Program-made: the position numbers and the translations under genes
Notes under the pieces: model-generated
Database searches by the model: none
What the model was told of the DNA's origin: nothing
The model's input: only the letters and a program-made list of their open reading frames with translations
In this document: piece by piece, positions 9,925-21,880 of the stretch
Layout: every line of letters starts with the position of its first letter
Position numbering within the stretch: position 1 is the first letter of the stretch
Assembly (NCBI GenBank): GCA_040830765.1
Contig: JBFOMH010000004.1
Coordinates: 238,717-302,716 of the forward strand
Direction of reading: 5' to 3'
DNA: 64,000 nt
Source: Puniceicoccaceae bacterium
GTDB taxonomy: Bacteria; Verrucomicrobiota; Verrucomicrobiia; Opitutales; Oceanipulchritudinaceae

Positions 9925-11871
9925 ATGAATTTAGACGCAAAAATACCCGAAGGTCCCATCGAACAGAAGTGGACCAAAGCAAAGTTCGACTATAAGCTCG
10001 TTAATCCCGCCAACAAGCGCAAGTACAGCGTCATCGTTGTTGGAAGCGGTCTGGCTGGCGCTGGCGCTGCGGCCACCCTCGGCGAGATGGGCTACAACGT
10101 GAAGTGCTTCTGTTACCAGGACTCTCCACGACGGGCGCACTCCATCGCTGCCCAGGGGGGCATCAATGCGGCCAAGAATTACCAGAACGACGGCGACAGT
10201 GTGTTCCGCCTCTTTTACGACACCGTCAAGGGTGGCGACTTCCGGAGCCGCGAAGCCAATGTCTATCGCCTGGCCGAGGTCTCGAGCAACATCATCGACC
10301 AGTGCGTGGCCCAGGGCGTTCCCTTTGCCCGGGAATATGGCGGGATGCTGGCCAACCGCTCCTTCGGCGGGGCGCAGGTCAGCCGGACCTTTTACGCCCG
10401 CGGGCAGACCGGTCAGCAACTGCTTCTCGGGGCTTACCACAGCCTGAGCCGCCAGATTGGACTGGGGCAGGTAAAGATGTACAACCGGCACGAGATGCTC
10501 GATGTGGTCCTTGTCGATGGTGTGGCCAAGGGGATTATTACCCGCAACCTTGTCACCGGAAAAATCGATCGCTGGGCAGCGGATGCGGTGGTCCTGGCAA
10601 CCGGGGGCTACTCGACAGTCTTCTTCCTTTCCACCAATGCGGCCGGCTGCAATGTCACGGCTGCCTGGCGGGCCTACCGGCGCGGAGCCGGTTTCGCGAA
10701 TCCCTGTTACACGCAGATCCACCCGACCTGTATCCCGCAGGAAGGTGAGCACCAGTCGAAGCTGACCCTGATGTCCGAGTCCCTGCGCAACGACGGACGA
10801 GTCTGGGTTCCCAAGGATCGGGAGACGGCAGCGAAAATTCGCCGGGGTGAATTAAAGCCCTCCCAGGTACCGGAAGAGGAGCGGGATTACTACCTCGAGC
10901 GCAAGTACCCGAGTTTCGGTAACCTTGCCCCGCGAGACATTTCCAGCCGCGCGGCCAAGGAGGCCTGTGATGATGGGCGCGGGGTGGCCCCCACCGGCTA
11001 TGGGGTCTTCCTTGATTTTGCCGATGCCATCAACCGCCTTGGCAAACACGTCATCGAGGAACGCTACGGCAACCTCTTCGACATGTATGAAAACATCATG
11101 GGCGTCAGTGCCTACGAGGAGCCGATGCAGATTTACCCCGCCCCGCACTACACCATGGGCGGCCTCTGGGTTGATTACAACCTGATGACGACCATCCCGG
11201 GTCTCTTTGCCACCGGCGAATGCAACTTCTCCGACCACGGGGCCAACCGCCTTGGGGCCTCCGCCCTCATGCAGGGCCTGGCCGACGGTTACTTCGTTAC
11301 CCCGTATGCCATCGGCAATTATCTCGGAACCGAAATTCCTGTCGGGAAGGCTGGCCGGATTGACATCAACGACCCGGCCTTCGCCGAGGCCGAGCAGGCC
11401 GTGAAGGATAAGATCGACCGTATGCTCTCCATCAAGGGTAACACCAGCCCGCGGAGTATCCACATCGAACTGGGCAAGGTCATGCTCGACAAGTGTGGCA
11501 TGGCCCGTGACGAGGCCGGTCTCAAGGAGGCCATTGAGAAAATTCGCGAGCTGCGCCAGCGCTTCTGGGAAGACCTCAAGCTCCCCGGTGGAGCGGATGA
11601 ACTGAATGTCGAGCTCGAACGGGCCGGCCGGGTGGCCGACCATCTCGAGTTTGCCGAGCTGATGTGTTATGACGCGCTGGCCCGCGACGAATCCTGCGGG
11701 GGTCACTTCAGGGTCGAGCACCAGACGGATGAAGGGGAAGCCGTCCGGGACGATGAGGCGTTCAGCAATGTCACCGTTTGGGAATTCAAGGGGCTGGATG
11801 CAGAGCCGGCCAAGCATGTCGAGGCGCTGTCCTTTGAATACGTCAAGCCGGGTGTCCGTAGCTACAAGTAA
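9925..11871 (+). CDS. sdhA: Succinate dehydrogenase/fumarate reductase flavoprotein subunit
   Basis: Motifs [21 protein letters not shown] (FAD-His), QIHPT, HYTMGG and HGANRLG. Confidence 0.96.
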   Translation: MNLDAKIPEGPIEQKWTKAKFDYKLVNPANKRKYSVIVVGSGLAGAGAAATLGEMGYNVKCFCYQDSPRRAHSIAAQGGINAAKNYQNDGDSVFRLFYDTVKGGDFRSREANVYRLAEVSSNIIDQCVAQGVPFAREYGGMLANRSFGGAQVSRTFYARGQTGQQLLLGAYHSLSRQIGLGQVKMYNRHEMLDVVLVDGVAKGIITRNLVTGKIDRWAADAVVLATGGYSTVFFLSTNAAGCNVTAAWRAYRRGAGFANPCYTQIHPTCIPQEGEHQSKLTLMSESLRNDGRVWVPKDRETAAKIRRGELKPSQVPEEERDYYLERKYPSFGNLAPRDISSRAAKEACDDGRGVAPTGYGVFLDFADAINRLGKHVIEERYGNLFDMYENIMGVSAYEEPMQIYPAPHYTMGGLWVDYNLMTTIPGLFATGECNFSDHGANRLGASALMQGLADGYFVTPYAIGNYLGTEIPVGKAGRIDINDPAFAEAEQAVKDKIDRMLSIKGNTSPRSIHIELGKVMLDKCGMARDEAGLKEAIEKIRELRQRFWEDLKLPGGADELNVELERAGRVADHLEFAELMCYDALARDESCGGHFRVEHQTDEGEAVRDDEAFSNVTVWEFKGLDAEPAKHVEALSFEYVKPGVRSYK

Positions 11872-11897
11872 GGAATCTCGAGAACAAGATACGAATC

Positions 11898-12677
11898 ATG
11901 TCTGAAAAAAACATCAGTGTTACTTTGAAAGTCTGGCGGCAGAAGGATGCTTCGGCCCCGGGGGCGTTTGAGACCTACCAAGTTGAATCGGTTTCCACTT
12001 CGTCCTCTTTCCTTGAGATGCTCGATCTGTTGAATGAGCAACTGATTGCAGAGGACAAGGAGCCGATAGCTTTCGACCACGACTGCCGGGAAGGCATCTG
12101 CGGGACGTGTTCCCTGGTCATCAACGGAATTCCGCACGGGAAGAAAGAGCTGCAGACGACCTGCCAGGTCCACATGCGCAGTTTCCAGGACGGAGAGACC
12201 ATCACCATAGAACCTTACCGCTCCAAGCCCTTCCCGGTGATGCGTGACCTTGTTGTCGATCGTACCCCGATGGATGCAATTATGCAGGCTGGCGGTTTTG
12301 TGGATCAGCGCATCGGGGCGGCCCAGGACGCCAACGCCCTGCCAATTTCCAAGGAAATTGCCGACAAGGCCATGGATGCCGCCGCCTGTATTGGCTGTGG
12401 TGCCTGTGTGGCGGTGTGCCCGAATGCCTCGGCCATGCTTTTCACCTCCGCCAAGGTCAGCCAGCTGAACATGCTCCCGCAAGGCAAACCGGAGAAGGAC
12501 CGCCGCGCGCTGAGAATGGTTGGCGCCATGGACGATGCCGGATTCGGCAACTGCACCAATATCGGGGAGTGCGAAGCCGCCTGTCCGAAGGGAGTTAGCC
12601 TCGATTTCATCGCGCAGATGAATCGTGATTACGCGGTTGCATCGGTGAAGAAGTTCCTCGGCCTCACTGCCGGTTGA
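11898..12677 (+). CDS. sdhB: Succinate dehydrogenase/fumarate reductase iron-sulfur subunit
   Basis: Cysteine clusters [16 protein letters not shown]...CP and CTNIGEC...CP. Confidence 0.96.
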   Translation: MSEKNISVTLKVWRQKDASAPGAFETYQVESVSTSSSFLEMLDLLNEQLIAEDKEPIAFDHDCREGICGTCSLVINGIPHGKKELQTTCQVHMRSFQDGETITIEPYRSKPFPVMRDLVVDRTPMDAIMQAGGFVDQRIGAAQDANALPISKEIADKAMDAAACIGCGACVAVCPNASAMLFTSAKVSQLNMLPQGKPEKDRRALRMVGAMDDAGFGNCTNIGECEAACPKGVSLDFIAQMNRDYAVASVKKFLGLTAG

Positions 12678-12691
12678 GCCGGAAGGCAACC

Positions 12692-12725
12692 TTGACAAGG
12701 TGTTTAGCGGGTTTATCGCTAAACA
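12692..12725 (+). promoter_or_regulatory. Putative sigma70 promoter of rny, overlapped by a 9-7-9 inverted repeat
   Basis: TTGACA at 12692-12697, then TGTTTAGCG-ggtttat-CGCTAAACA at 12701-12725. Confidence 0.4.
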
Positions 12726-12788
12726 TGTGCTTCTGAAACCTTTCCAAGCTCGGCACTGGCGGCGATTGGCTGCCTGACAAGGACATAC

Positions 12789-14321
12789 ATGGAAACCGGC
12801 CTCCTCCTACAAGCCTTCTTCTTCGGGTTCATCCTTGCGGGTGGTGTGACCCTTTTGCTGCATCTCCGATTCAAGGAACAGCGCAAGGCACAGCTGGAGG
12901 AGCGCTGCCAACTCGCCGAGAGGGCCAAGCAACTGGAGTTGGAGGAGCAGTCAAAACGGTTGCAATTGGACCACGAGAAACGCCTCGCGCAGCTGGAGCA
13001 GGACTTCAAGGAGCGGGAAATCGAGCTCCGGGGACGCGAAGACGAGGCGGTCTCGGCCCTTCTGAACATCGAGAAAGACCGGGAGACGCTCGAACGTCGC
13101 CGCGGTGACCTTGAAGAACAATTTGAAAAATTCGAGAAAACCCGGGACCAGCACCGGGAGCTGATTTCCGAATATCGTGCCCGCCTGCAGGAAATTGGAC
13201 AAATGTCCACGGAGACGGCCAAGGAGCAGTTGCTGGGTTTGGCTCGCCGGGAATGTGAGGACGAGATCCGGGCCATGAAGGAGGATATGCTGGGTCGCTC
13301 CGAGAAGGAATTCGAGGAGGAGGCACGAAAGACCCTTATCGCCTGCATGCAGCGCTTGAGCGCGTCTCCGCATGAGGATATTACCGCCACAACCGTAACC
13401 CTTCCCAACGAGGAGATGAAGGGCCGGATCATCGGCAGGGAGGGGCGCAATATCAAGTCCTTCGAATCAATGACGGGGACGACCCTGCTTATTGATGAAA
13501 CGCCTGACAGTGTCCTCATATCATCCTTTGATCCCGTTCGCCGTGAAACTGCCCGCCTGGCCTTGGAATCCCTCGTCAAGGACGGCCGGATTCATCCCAG
13601 CAGCATCGAGGAAGCGGTGCGGCGGGCCGAAGAGGAAGTGAAGCAAAGCGTTGTCGACAGCGGGGAGGATGCCTTGCGGCGGTTGCGGCTGAGCCGGATG
13701 CATCCGGAAGTCGTGGCCAACCTTGGTCGTTTGCGTTTCCGCCTTTCCAACAACCAGAATTCCCTCGAGCACTCCCTGGAGGTAGCCAATCTCTGCTCTT
13801 TAATGGCTTCCGAGTTGAGTCTGGACACCACTATCGCCAAGCGGTGCGGATTGCTCCACGATATCGGGAAGGTCCTTGACCAGGACCATGAGGGCAGCCA
13901 TGCCCTGGCCGGGTCCTATTTCCTCAAGCGACTAGGGAACGAAGATCCCCGCGTTATCAACGCGGTCGCTGGCCACCATGGAGAAGTACCGGCCGAGAGC
14001 CCCTACGTTGCTTTGGTCATGGTGGCGGACAGTGTCAGTGCGATGCGTCCCGGTGTGCGGGCTGACAGCCTTGACGGATACCTGCAGCGGGTCCGCAGCC
14101 TGGAGGAGATTGCCTCCTCCATTGAGGGAGTAACCGAGGCCTATGCCATCCAGGCTGGCCGGGAGATCCGGGTCATTGTCTGCCCCAAGAAAGTCTCCGA
14201 GCCGGATGCCGCGCTCCTGGCGCGCAAGATCCGTCGCAAGATTGAGGATGAGCTGCAGTATCCCGGGACAATCAAGGTCACCGTTGTCCGCGAAAACCGC
14301 TTTGAAGAGACAGCCAAGTAG
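12789..14321 (+). CDS. rny: Ribonuclease Y
   Basis: N-terminal TM helix, coiled coil, KH domain (MKGRIIGREGRNI), HD domain (LLHDIGK) and C-terminal AIQAGREIRV. Confidence 0.95.
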   Translation: METGLLLQAFFFGFILAGGVTLLLHLRFKEQRKAQLEERCQLAERAKQLELEEQSKRLQLDHEKRLAQLEQDFKEREIELRGREDEAVSALLNIEKDRETLERRRGDLEEQFEKFEKTRDQHRELISEYRARLQEIGQMSTETAKEQLLGLARRECEDEIRAMKEDMLGRSEKEFEEEARKTLIACMQRLSASPHEDITATTVTLPNEEMKGRIIGREGRNIKSFESMTGTTLLIDETPDSVLISSFDPVRRETARLALESLVKDGRIHPSSIEEAVRRAEEEVKQSVVDSGEDALRRLRLSRMHPEVVANLGRLRFRLSNNQNSLEHSLEVANLCSLMASELSLDTTIAKRCGLLHDIGKVLDQDHEGSHALAGSYFLKRLGNEDPRVINAVAGHHGEVPAESPYVALVMVADSVSAMRPGVRADSLDGYLQRVRSLEEIASSIEGVTEAYAIQAGREIRVIVCPKKVSEPDAALLARKIRRKIEDELQYPGTIKVTVVRENRFEETAK

Positions 14322-14387
14322 GGCAGTGCCTGAATTTGACCATTATTAGGGCCTGCTAAGGCCGTATCACGGACTTTTGCTTGTGGG

Positions 14388-14798
14388 ATGAAACGGTCCC
14401 GCAAGCATACCGAAGAGCCTTTCCAGATGGCGCCGATGATCGACATGGTGTTCTTGCTTTTGGTCTTTTTCATGACGGTCAGCACCTTGGCTAAGGATGC
14501 GCGTCCGGACATTCTTTTGCCGGAATCGGTGACTGCAGAGGTACCGGATGAAATCCCTCCAAGGGACATAGTCACGGTAATGCCAAAGGGCGAGGGCTAT
14601 CAGTTTCATTGGCACAATCGCGCAGTCACTGAGACAGAATTGTCCGGGCTCCTCATGGATGCCGCGAAGCAAAGTGCCGGGCCGCAGCTGCTTCTGCGCG
14701 GCCCACCTGAGCTTCCGTGGTCGGCGTGGCAGGTGGTCATCGAACACTGCCGCGAGGCCGGAATCTCCGATCTGATCTTTGCCACTCATGAATCCTGA
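14388..14798 (+). CDS. exbD: Biopolymer transport protein, ExbD/TolR family
   Basis: TM motif MAPMIDMVFLLLVFFM. Confidence 0.85.
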   Translation: MKRSRKHTEEPFQMAPMIDMVFLLLVFFMTVSTLAKDARPDILLPESVTAEVPDEIPPRDIVTVMPKGEGYQFHWHNRAVTETELSGLLMDAAKQSAGPQLLLRGPPELPWSAWQVVIEHCREAGISDLIFATHES

Positions 14799-14807
14799 AC
14801 TTCCGTC

Positions 14808-15224
14808 ATGCGCCGCCGCCTAACTGACCGTCCCGAGATCCCCATTGCCCCGATGATCGACTGCGTTTTCCTGATGCTGGTCTACTTCATGACGACCAGC
14901 TCACTCGAGAAATCGGAGGCGGACCTTGCCTTCCCGGCAGGTCAGGCTGGGATACCGGCGGATCCGCTGCCCGCTGTTGATGAACAACGTCTGCTCGTGC
15001 AGTCTGGCGGTCAACTTATGTGGAATGGGACGACCTATGGGTTGGATTCTTCCGGCAGGGCGCTGCTTGAGCAACGTCTGGTCCTTTTTCGTGACACCTG
15101 CCTTCAGGCTGGCTCGGAACCTTCTCTAAGAGTTGAACCGGATGACGCCGTTAACCATCAGGAGTTGGTGGCCCTGCTGGATGCCATCACACGGTCAGAG
15201 ATCGAGACGATTCACTTTCCCTGA
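14808..15224 (+). CDS. exbD: Biopolymer transport protein, ExbD/TolR family
   Basis: TM motif IAPMIDCVFLMLVYFM. Confidence 0.85.
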   Translation: MRRRLTDRPEIPIAPMIDCVFLMLVYFMTTSSLEKSEADLAFPAGQAGIPADPLPAVDEQRLLVQSGGQLMWNGTTYGLDSSGRALLEQRLVLFRDTCLQAGSEPSLRVEPDDAVNHQELVALLDAITRSEIETIHFP

Positions 15225-15230
15225 CCAGGC

Positions 15231-15866
15231 TCAAATCTCCACCAGGCCCTGCTGGATGGCGAAGCGCGTCAACCCCGCGACATCGTGGATATCGAGCTTG
15301 CTCATGACATTTGTCCGGTGGGTATCGGCCGTCTTGACGCTGATATCCAGCTTGGCCGCAACTTCCTTGGTTGTATGGCCTTCCGCCACCAACTGCAGGA
15401 TCTCCCGCTCCCGTGGAGTCAGTTTGTCCAGGGAGCCCGTGACTTCAGGATTCAACATGATGTCCCGAAGTATCTCCAGGACCTGACCACTCATGTAGGC
15501 TTCCCCAGCCATGACACGCTTGATACCTTCCTCCAGTTCCTCGATGGTCGCACTCTTGTGGACAATCCCGTTGGCGCCGGCTTTGAGGGCGGCCTGGACC
15601 CGTTCCCGGGTGGAATATCCGGAAAACACCATCAGCTTGCATCTGGGTAAGAACTTCCTCAGCTGACGGATGATCTCCAGGCCATTGAGGCTGGGCACCA
15701 TGATGTCAACGATGACCAGGTCCGGCCGGAGCTCCTTGCACTCCTTGAGGGCCTCGAGGCCATCCCCGCAATGCCCGGCAAGTTGAAAGTCCTTCAATTC
15801 ATCAACCAGGCGGCAAACCAGCTCGCGCAGGATATTCTGGTCCTCAATAACGTATACGGAGTGCAT
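15231..15866 (-). CDS. NarL/FixJ-family DNA-binding response regulator
   Basis: REC domain (ED, DI.VP..NG, K) plus LuxR HTH LTPREREIL...IS.KT..THR. Confidence 0.92.
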   Translation of the reverse strand: MHSVYVIEDQNILRELVCRLVDELKDFQLAGHCGDGLEALKECKELRPDLVIVDIMVPSLNGLEIIRQLRKFLPRCKLMVFSGYSTRERVQAALKAGANGIVHKSATIEELEEGIKRVMAGEAYMSGQVLEILRDIMLNPEVTGSLDKLTPREREILQLVAEGHTTKEVAAKLDISVKTADTHRTNVMSKLDIHDVAGLTRFAIQQGLVEI

Positions 15867-15890
15867 GGAAATAGGATTTGTTATTCGTGT

Positions 15891-16493
15891 TCAGTTGGCC
15901 TTCAGGGAAAGGTAATATGCCCGCAGGGCTTTGTAATCGTCCTCCCGCGAGCCGCTGGTAATCACATGGTCAAATTCGTCGATGGCTGCCAACTCCGCCC
16001 GGGCGGTGTCCAGGCGGCGCTCGATCTCAGCGTCGTCGTCAGCGCCGCGGGCAATCAGTCGTTCCCGTAATTGCTGCATGGACTTCGGGCGGATGAAGAT
16101 ACATCGGACTTTGCCGGCAAGGGCAGCATTACGGGATTGTTCCTCCCGGAAGGACTTGGCCCCCTGGACATCGATATTGAGGAGTATATCCTTCTGCTCC
16201 TTCAGGATGGATTCGATGTGCTTTCTTTGTGAGCCATAGAAGCGGCCATGGACCATGGCCCACTCAATAAAGGCTCCTTCCTGTATTAATTTTTCGAATA
16301 CATCTGGATCAAGGAAGTGGTAGTCCACGCCGTTGACCTCACCGGGCCGGGGTTCCCGGCTGGTTGTCGTTACCTGGCGCTGGATCTCATCCGGAAATTC
16401 TTCCAGGAGGCGATCGCAGAGCGTGGTTTTTCCCGAGCCCGCAGGGCCGCAGATAATAAGGACAAGGTTGGTAGGGTGGAGTTGTCCGCTCAT
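15891..16493 (-). CDS. gmk: Guanylate kinase
   Basis: Motifs GPAGSGKTT, TTSREPRPGEVNGVDYHF and IDVQGA. Confidence 0.94.
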   Translation of the reverse strand: MSGQLHPTNLVLIICGPAGSGKTTLCDRLLEEFPDEIQRQVTTTSREPRPGEVNGVDYHFLDPDVFEKLIQEGAFIEWAMVHGRFYGSQRKHIESILKEQKDILLNIDVQGAKSFREEQSRNAALAGKVRCIFIRPKSMQQLRERLIARGADDDAEIERRLDTARAELAAIDEFDHVITSGSREDDYKALRAYYLSLKAN

Positions 16494-16504
16494 CGGATGA
16501 CAAG

Positions 16505-19090
16505 TCAGAGGTCCATGTCCATGAGTATTTCACGTGGGCTGGAACCGTTTTCCGGCCCAACCATTCCCTCGGCCTCGAGGATTTCCATAATCCGGGCCGC
16601 GCGATTGTAGCCTATTTTCAGACGGCGTTGGAGCATCGACGTCGAGGCCCGCTTGCTGTTTCGTATGACCTCGATGGCATCGGGAACCAGTTCGTCATCC
16701 CATTCGCCGTCCACTCCGCCCTGGGCTTCCTCCGGGGAATCGATATTCTTCTGGAAGTGCGAGTCAAACTCCGGTTCGCCATTGATATCCCGGATGTGGT
16801 GGACGATGCCCGTGATTTCATCATCTCCGACAAAGGCCCCTTGGGCACGAACAAGATCCGCCGAGCCGGGCGGGAGGAACAGCATGTCCCCTTTACCGAT
16901 AAGGTGGTCGGCCCCCATGGTATCGAGAATCGTCCGCGAGTCCACCTTGGAAGCCACCTTGAAGGAAATACGGCTGGGAAGATTGGCCTTGATGACCCCG
17001 GTGATGACGTTCACGGAAGGTCGCTGGGTGGCAAGGATGAGATGGATTCCGGCGGCACGGGCCAACTGGGCCAGGCGGGCAATACCGGTCTCAATATCGG
17101 CCGGGGCGACCATCATGAGGTCGGCCAGCTCATCGACGATGACGACAATGTAGGGCAACTTGGTCGGGGCCTCGTTGAGGGCGTCGGGATCCCGGGGCAC
17201 CTCGATGGAGGCGGCGGCAGCCCGTTCTTCCGGAGTCAATTCAGCATCCATGGCAGCGGCCCGCTCCTCGGCTTCGGCAGCCTCCTTGCGGTTCTTGGCC
17301 ATCTTGGCATTGTAGCCGGCGATGTTGCGGACGCCAATACCGGCAAAGAGCTGGTAGCGGCGCTCCATTTCATTGAGCAAATATTTCAGGGCGTTGGGTA
17401 CCTTCTTGGGGTCGGTAACGACCGGGACCAGCATGTGGGGGAGGGAATTATAGACCTGCATTTCGACGATCTTTGGATCGACCATGACGAAGCGGAGGTC
17501 CTCCGGGCTGGAATGGTAAAGGAGGGATGTAATGACAGAATTGATACAAACTGTCTTGCCCGAACCCGTGGAACCGGCGATCAGCAGGTGGGGCATTTTG
17601 GTGAGGTCCGCAATGAGTGGCTTGCCAGAAACTTCCTTGCCGAGAGCGATGGGAATGTCGGCCTTGTTGTTGACCCAGTCCTCCGACTCGAGGATATCGC
17701 GGATAAAGACGGACTGCGGGTGCTTGTTGGGCACCTCGATGCCAACACATCCCTTACCCGGGACGGGGGCAAGGATACGGACGGAAGTCGCCTTCAGGTT
17801 GAGGGCGATATTCTTGTCGAGATTCAGGATACGCTCAACACGAACGCCGGCTGCCGGATAGACATCGTAGCGGGTAATGACCGGGCCCGTGTGGACATCG
17901 CCGGTCGTGACCCGGACCCCGAATTCCTCCAGGGTCTTGACCAGCATGTCGGCGGTTTGCTGGTGGATGGAATCATCATCCATCGGGTTGGAACCCTTCG
18001 GTTCGGCAAGCAGCCGCATGGGGGGAAATTTGTAATTGCCCTTTTTCTCAGGCAGCTTGACTTCCGCCTTGCGAACTTCCTCTCCGGCAATGATCCGCAG
18101 GCCGGAGGTGCCCCCTTTCTCTCCCATGCCCTTCTTGGGCATCTTAATGGGCGCATTCTTGTTGCTGGTCGGAGCCGTTGAGGCAGCCTTTTCCGGTGCT
18201 GGCTCAGCGTCCTTTGAAACAGGTCCGATTTCCTCGACAATCGGTTCAAAGGGTTGGGCTTCCTCTTCCCGGCCGAGCTTGAGGCCTCGCTTTCCAGCTT
18301 GTTTGGGCCGTTCCATGCCGGGCGGTGACGGGAGGGGTTCCTCTTCCGCATCCGCGGCCGCGGGCTTTTTCTTTTTCCGGGCCAGGGCCTTGGCCTGCTT
18401 TTCCTCCCGGCGGCGGGCTTTCTCTGCCGCCCGCTCTTCCGCTCGCTTGGCGCGGGACTGGGCCCACTCGGAGATCTTGACCTTGAACAGGTGCTTCAGA
18501 TCGGAGCCCAAATTGTCAAAAAGAAGAAAAACAATCGAAAAAGCGCTGAGAACCCCAAAAACCACCATGGAGCCGACCATGCTGAGGAATTCACGCAGGA
18601 ACTGGGCATACATCCAATACCCGACCCATCCACCCCAGCCAAAGGGAAACATGTTGTCGGAAACCTCGGATAGCTCGATTTTGCCGACCTTAAGGTCTTC
18701 CATCGTCTCCACCTGGTACATGCAGCCAAAGACGGCGAGGCTGATGAAGATAATCACTACCGGCGGCAGTTTCCGCATGCCCAGCTTGCGGGCATAGGGC
18801 CGGAAGAACATGTAGGCTACCCAAAATGCCAGGACCGGCGCGGCATAGGCGGCAAGGCCGAGTGCCAGCAGAGCGTAATAGGCAACCTGGACCCCGAAAT
18901 TCCCGATCAGGTTCTGGTCCTGGATGTCCGAATAGAAAAAAGTGTTCTGCTCAGGGGCATAATCCCAGATAGACAAACCAACAAGCAGACCGAGAATCAG
19001 GAAAGCCAGTCCTAAAAATGGACGCGGCTCCGGTGACTTTGGCCCGAATGTGGGATTCTTTTTCGCCGGCTTTTTCTGTTTTCTTGCCAT
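16505..19090 (-). CDS. ftsK: DNA translocase FtsK
   Basis: N-terminal TM domain, MPHLLIAGSTGSGKT, DELADLM, ATQRPS and the gamma domain (STSMLQRRLKIGYNRAAR). Confidence 0.96.
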   Translation of the reverse strand: MARKQKKPAKKNPTFGPKSPEPRPFLGLAFLILGLLVGLSIWDYAPEQNTFFYSDIQDQNLIGNFGVQVAYYALLALGLAAYAAPVLAFWVAYMFFRPYARKLGMRKLPPVVIIFISLAVFGCMYQVETMEDLKVGKIELSEVSDNMFPFGWGGWVGYWMYAQFLREFLSMVGSMVVFGVLSAFSIVFLLFDNLGSDLKHLFKVKISEWAQSRAKRAEERAAEKARRREEKQAKALARKKKKPAAADAEEEPLPSPPGMERPKQAGKRGLKLGREEEAQPFEPIVEEIGPVSKDAEPAPEKAASTAPTSNKNAPIKMPKKGMGEKGGTSGLRIIAGEEVRKAEVKLPEKKGNYKFPPMRLLAEPKGSNPMDDDSIHQQTADMLVKTLEEFGVRVTTGDVHTGPVITRYDVYPAAGVRVERILNLDKNIALNLKATSVRILAPVPGKGCVGIEVPNKHPQSVFIRDILESEDWVNNKADIPIALGKEVSGKPLIADLTKMPHLLIAGSTGSGKTVCINSVITSLLYHSSPEDLRFVMVDPKIVEMQVYNSLPHMLVPVVTDPKKVPNALKYLLNEMERRYQLFAGIGVRNIAGYNAKMAKNRKEAAEAEERAAAMDAELTPEERAAAASIEVPRDPDALNEAPTKLPYIVVIVDELADLMMVAPADIETGIARLAQLARAAGIHLILATQRPSVNVITGVIKANLPSRISFKVASKVDSRTILDTMGADHLIGKGDMLFLPPGSADLVRAQGAFVGDDEITGIVHHIRDINGEPEFDSHFQKNIDSPEEAQGGVDGEWDDELVPDAIEVIRNSKRASTSMLQRRLKIGYNRAARIMEILEAEGMVGPENGSSPREILMDMDL

Positions 19091-19185
19091 CTATTCGATA
19101 TGATATGGATTACTGACCGGATGGCCTCATGACAAGGCAGGATTGAGGTTTGAGCGATATCCTAACCAGTTTTTTAAATTTCAGC

Positions 19186-20126
<941 letters not shown>

Positions 20127-20130
<4 letters not shown>

Positions 20131-21233
20131 ATCAGGACCAGACTGTCGCGGTGCACCACCTCGCATCGGGAGCGCCCGGGGTGCAGTTCTTTTATTTCAC
20201 TGGTATCCTTGCCAAGGATGGTTTCGAGAACCGCGGAATCATAGGCCACGATACCCCGCCCGATAAGCGACCCATCAGGCGCATGGAGGGTGGTGACAGC
20301 CCCTTCCGCAAAACTTCCCTTGCAGGCAGTGACCCCTTTGGCGAGCAGGCTGGAGTTTTGTTCCAGGACTGCCTTGGCCGCTCCGGGGTCAAGGTAGAGG
20401 GCCCCTGCCGGCTTTTCAAAAAAGGCAATCCAGCGCTTGCGGGAGGCAAGGGGGATCGACTGCGGAACAAAGAAAGTTCCCGTCGCGGTCCCGTCATGGA
20501 TTTTCTGCAAGATGCCGCTCTCCGCCGCACTGCCAATAAAGACGCCACAACCGGACCGGGTGGCGAGGTCCGCTGCTTCAATCTTGGTGACCATTCCGCC
20601 GGTCGAGTGGGCATTCCCGGCCGCTCCAGCCATCGACCGGATGGAATCGTCGATTGTGGTCACAACCGGTACCAGTGCACCCTTGCCATGGTCCTCCATA
20701 AGCCCGGAAATAGTCGAGAGAATGACCAGCAGGTCCGCCTTCAGCAAGCTGGCCAGAAGGGCACTGAGAACATCATTGTCCCCGAATTTGATTTCATCGG
20801 CACTGACGGTGTCGTTTTCATTGACCACCGGAACAACGCCCAAGCTGAGGAGTTTTTCCATCGTATCGCGGACGGCCAGATGCCGGTTGCGCCCACCGAT
20901 GTCCTCCCGGGTCAGCAGTACCTGTGCGGCCGTGAACCCGTGGGATTCAAGTGAGGATTGCCAGGCTTCCATCAAGCGGGACTGGCCCACGGCGGCGCAG
21001 GCCTGCAGGCTGGCAAGATCGGAAGGACGTTCCTGCAGGCCCAGCTTTCCAATTCCCATGCCGACCGCACCCGATGAAACGATAAGGACCTCAATGCCGT
21101 TTTCCTTCAGGCCGGCAACCTGCTGGCAGAGGGATTGGATGCGGTCGATCATGAGGGAACCATCCGCATCAGCGATGGAATGTGTCCCGATTTTGATGAC
21201 AACGCGCCGGGCGTTAGTCTCGAGAAATTGCAT
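20127..21233 (-). CDS. proB: Glutamate 5-kinase
   Basis: Motifs VIKIGT, SSGAV, NENDTV, FGDND and GGMVTK, plus a C-terminal PUA domain. Confidence 0.95.
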
Positions 21234-21241
21234 GAATCGCC

Positions 21242-21808
21242 TTAAACCTTCAGGAGCTCGTCTTCCTTATCCTGGAGAGCGTCATTGATGGTCTTAACAT
21301 GGCTGTCCGTCTCATCCTGGATTTCCTTTTCATGCCGCTTGATATCATCTTCCGAGATGTGGCCCTCGGCCTTGAGCTTTTTCAGCGCGTCCATGGCATG
21401 ATGCCGTGCCTGGCGAACACTGACCCGGCCTTCCTCGGCATGGGAGGCGGCCATCTTGACGAGGTCCTTGCGGCGGTCGCCGGAGAGTTCGGGAATCGGC
21501 ACCAGGATGGTTGCTCCCCGGGCAATCGGATTGAGCCCGAGGTTGGCTTCGCGGACAGCCTTTTCAATGGCCCCGCTGGTGCCCTTGTCCCAGGGCTGCA
21601 CCTGGATGGTATGCAAGTCCGGTGTGGTGATGGCACCCAGTTCGCGGATGGCCATGTTGGTCCCATAGGATTCAACGAAAACGGGAATGTTCTCGATCAT
21701 CGCAGGTGTGGCCTTTCCGGTGTGGATGTTGGTGAACTCATGCAGGGTGTGCTGAACGGCCTTGTCCATCAAGTCCTGTGCTTCCAATTGAATCGTTTCC
21801 CAGTCCAT
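21242..21808 (-). CDS. frr: Ribosome recycling factor
   Basis: Motifs TGKATP, QPWDK, LGLNP and EEGRVSVR; downstream of pyrH. Confidence 0.95.
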   Translation of the reverse strand: MDWETIQLEAQDLMDKAVQHTLHEFTNIHTGKATPAMIENIPVFVESYGTNMAIRELGAITTPDLHTIQVQPWDKGTSGAIEKAVREANLGLNPIARGATILVPIPELSGDRRKDLVKMAASHAEEGRVSVRQARHHAMDALKKLKAEGHISEDDIKRHEKEIQDETDSHVKTINDALQDKEDELLKV

Positions 21809-21880
21809 TTTTCCGTCTTCCTTAATTGTTCATGGTATTAGTGTAATGCCCCCTTCGAATCAAGCCTGCGGATATCCGCC

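Noticed and set aside
16628..18181. 517-aa plus-strand ORF
   Set aside because: It is antisense to the well-supported ftsK gene.
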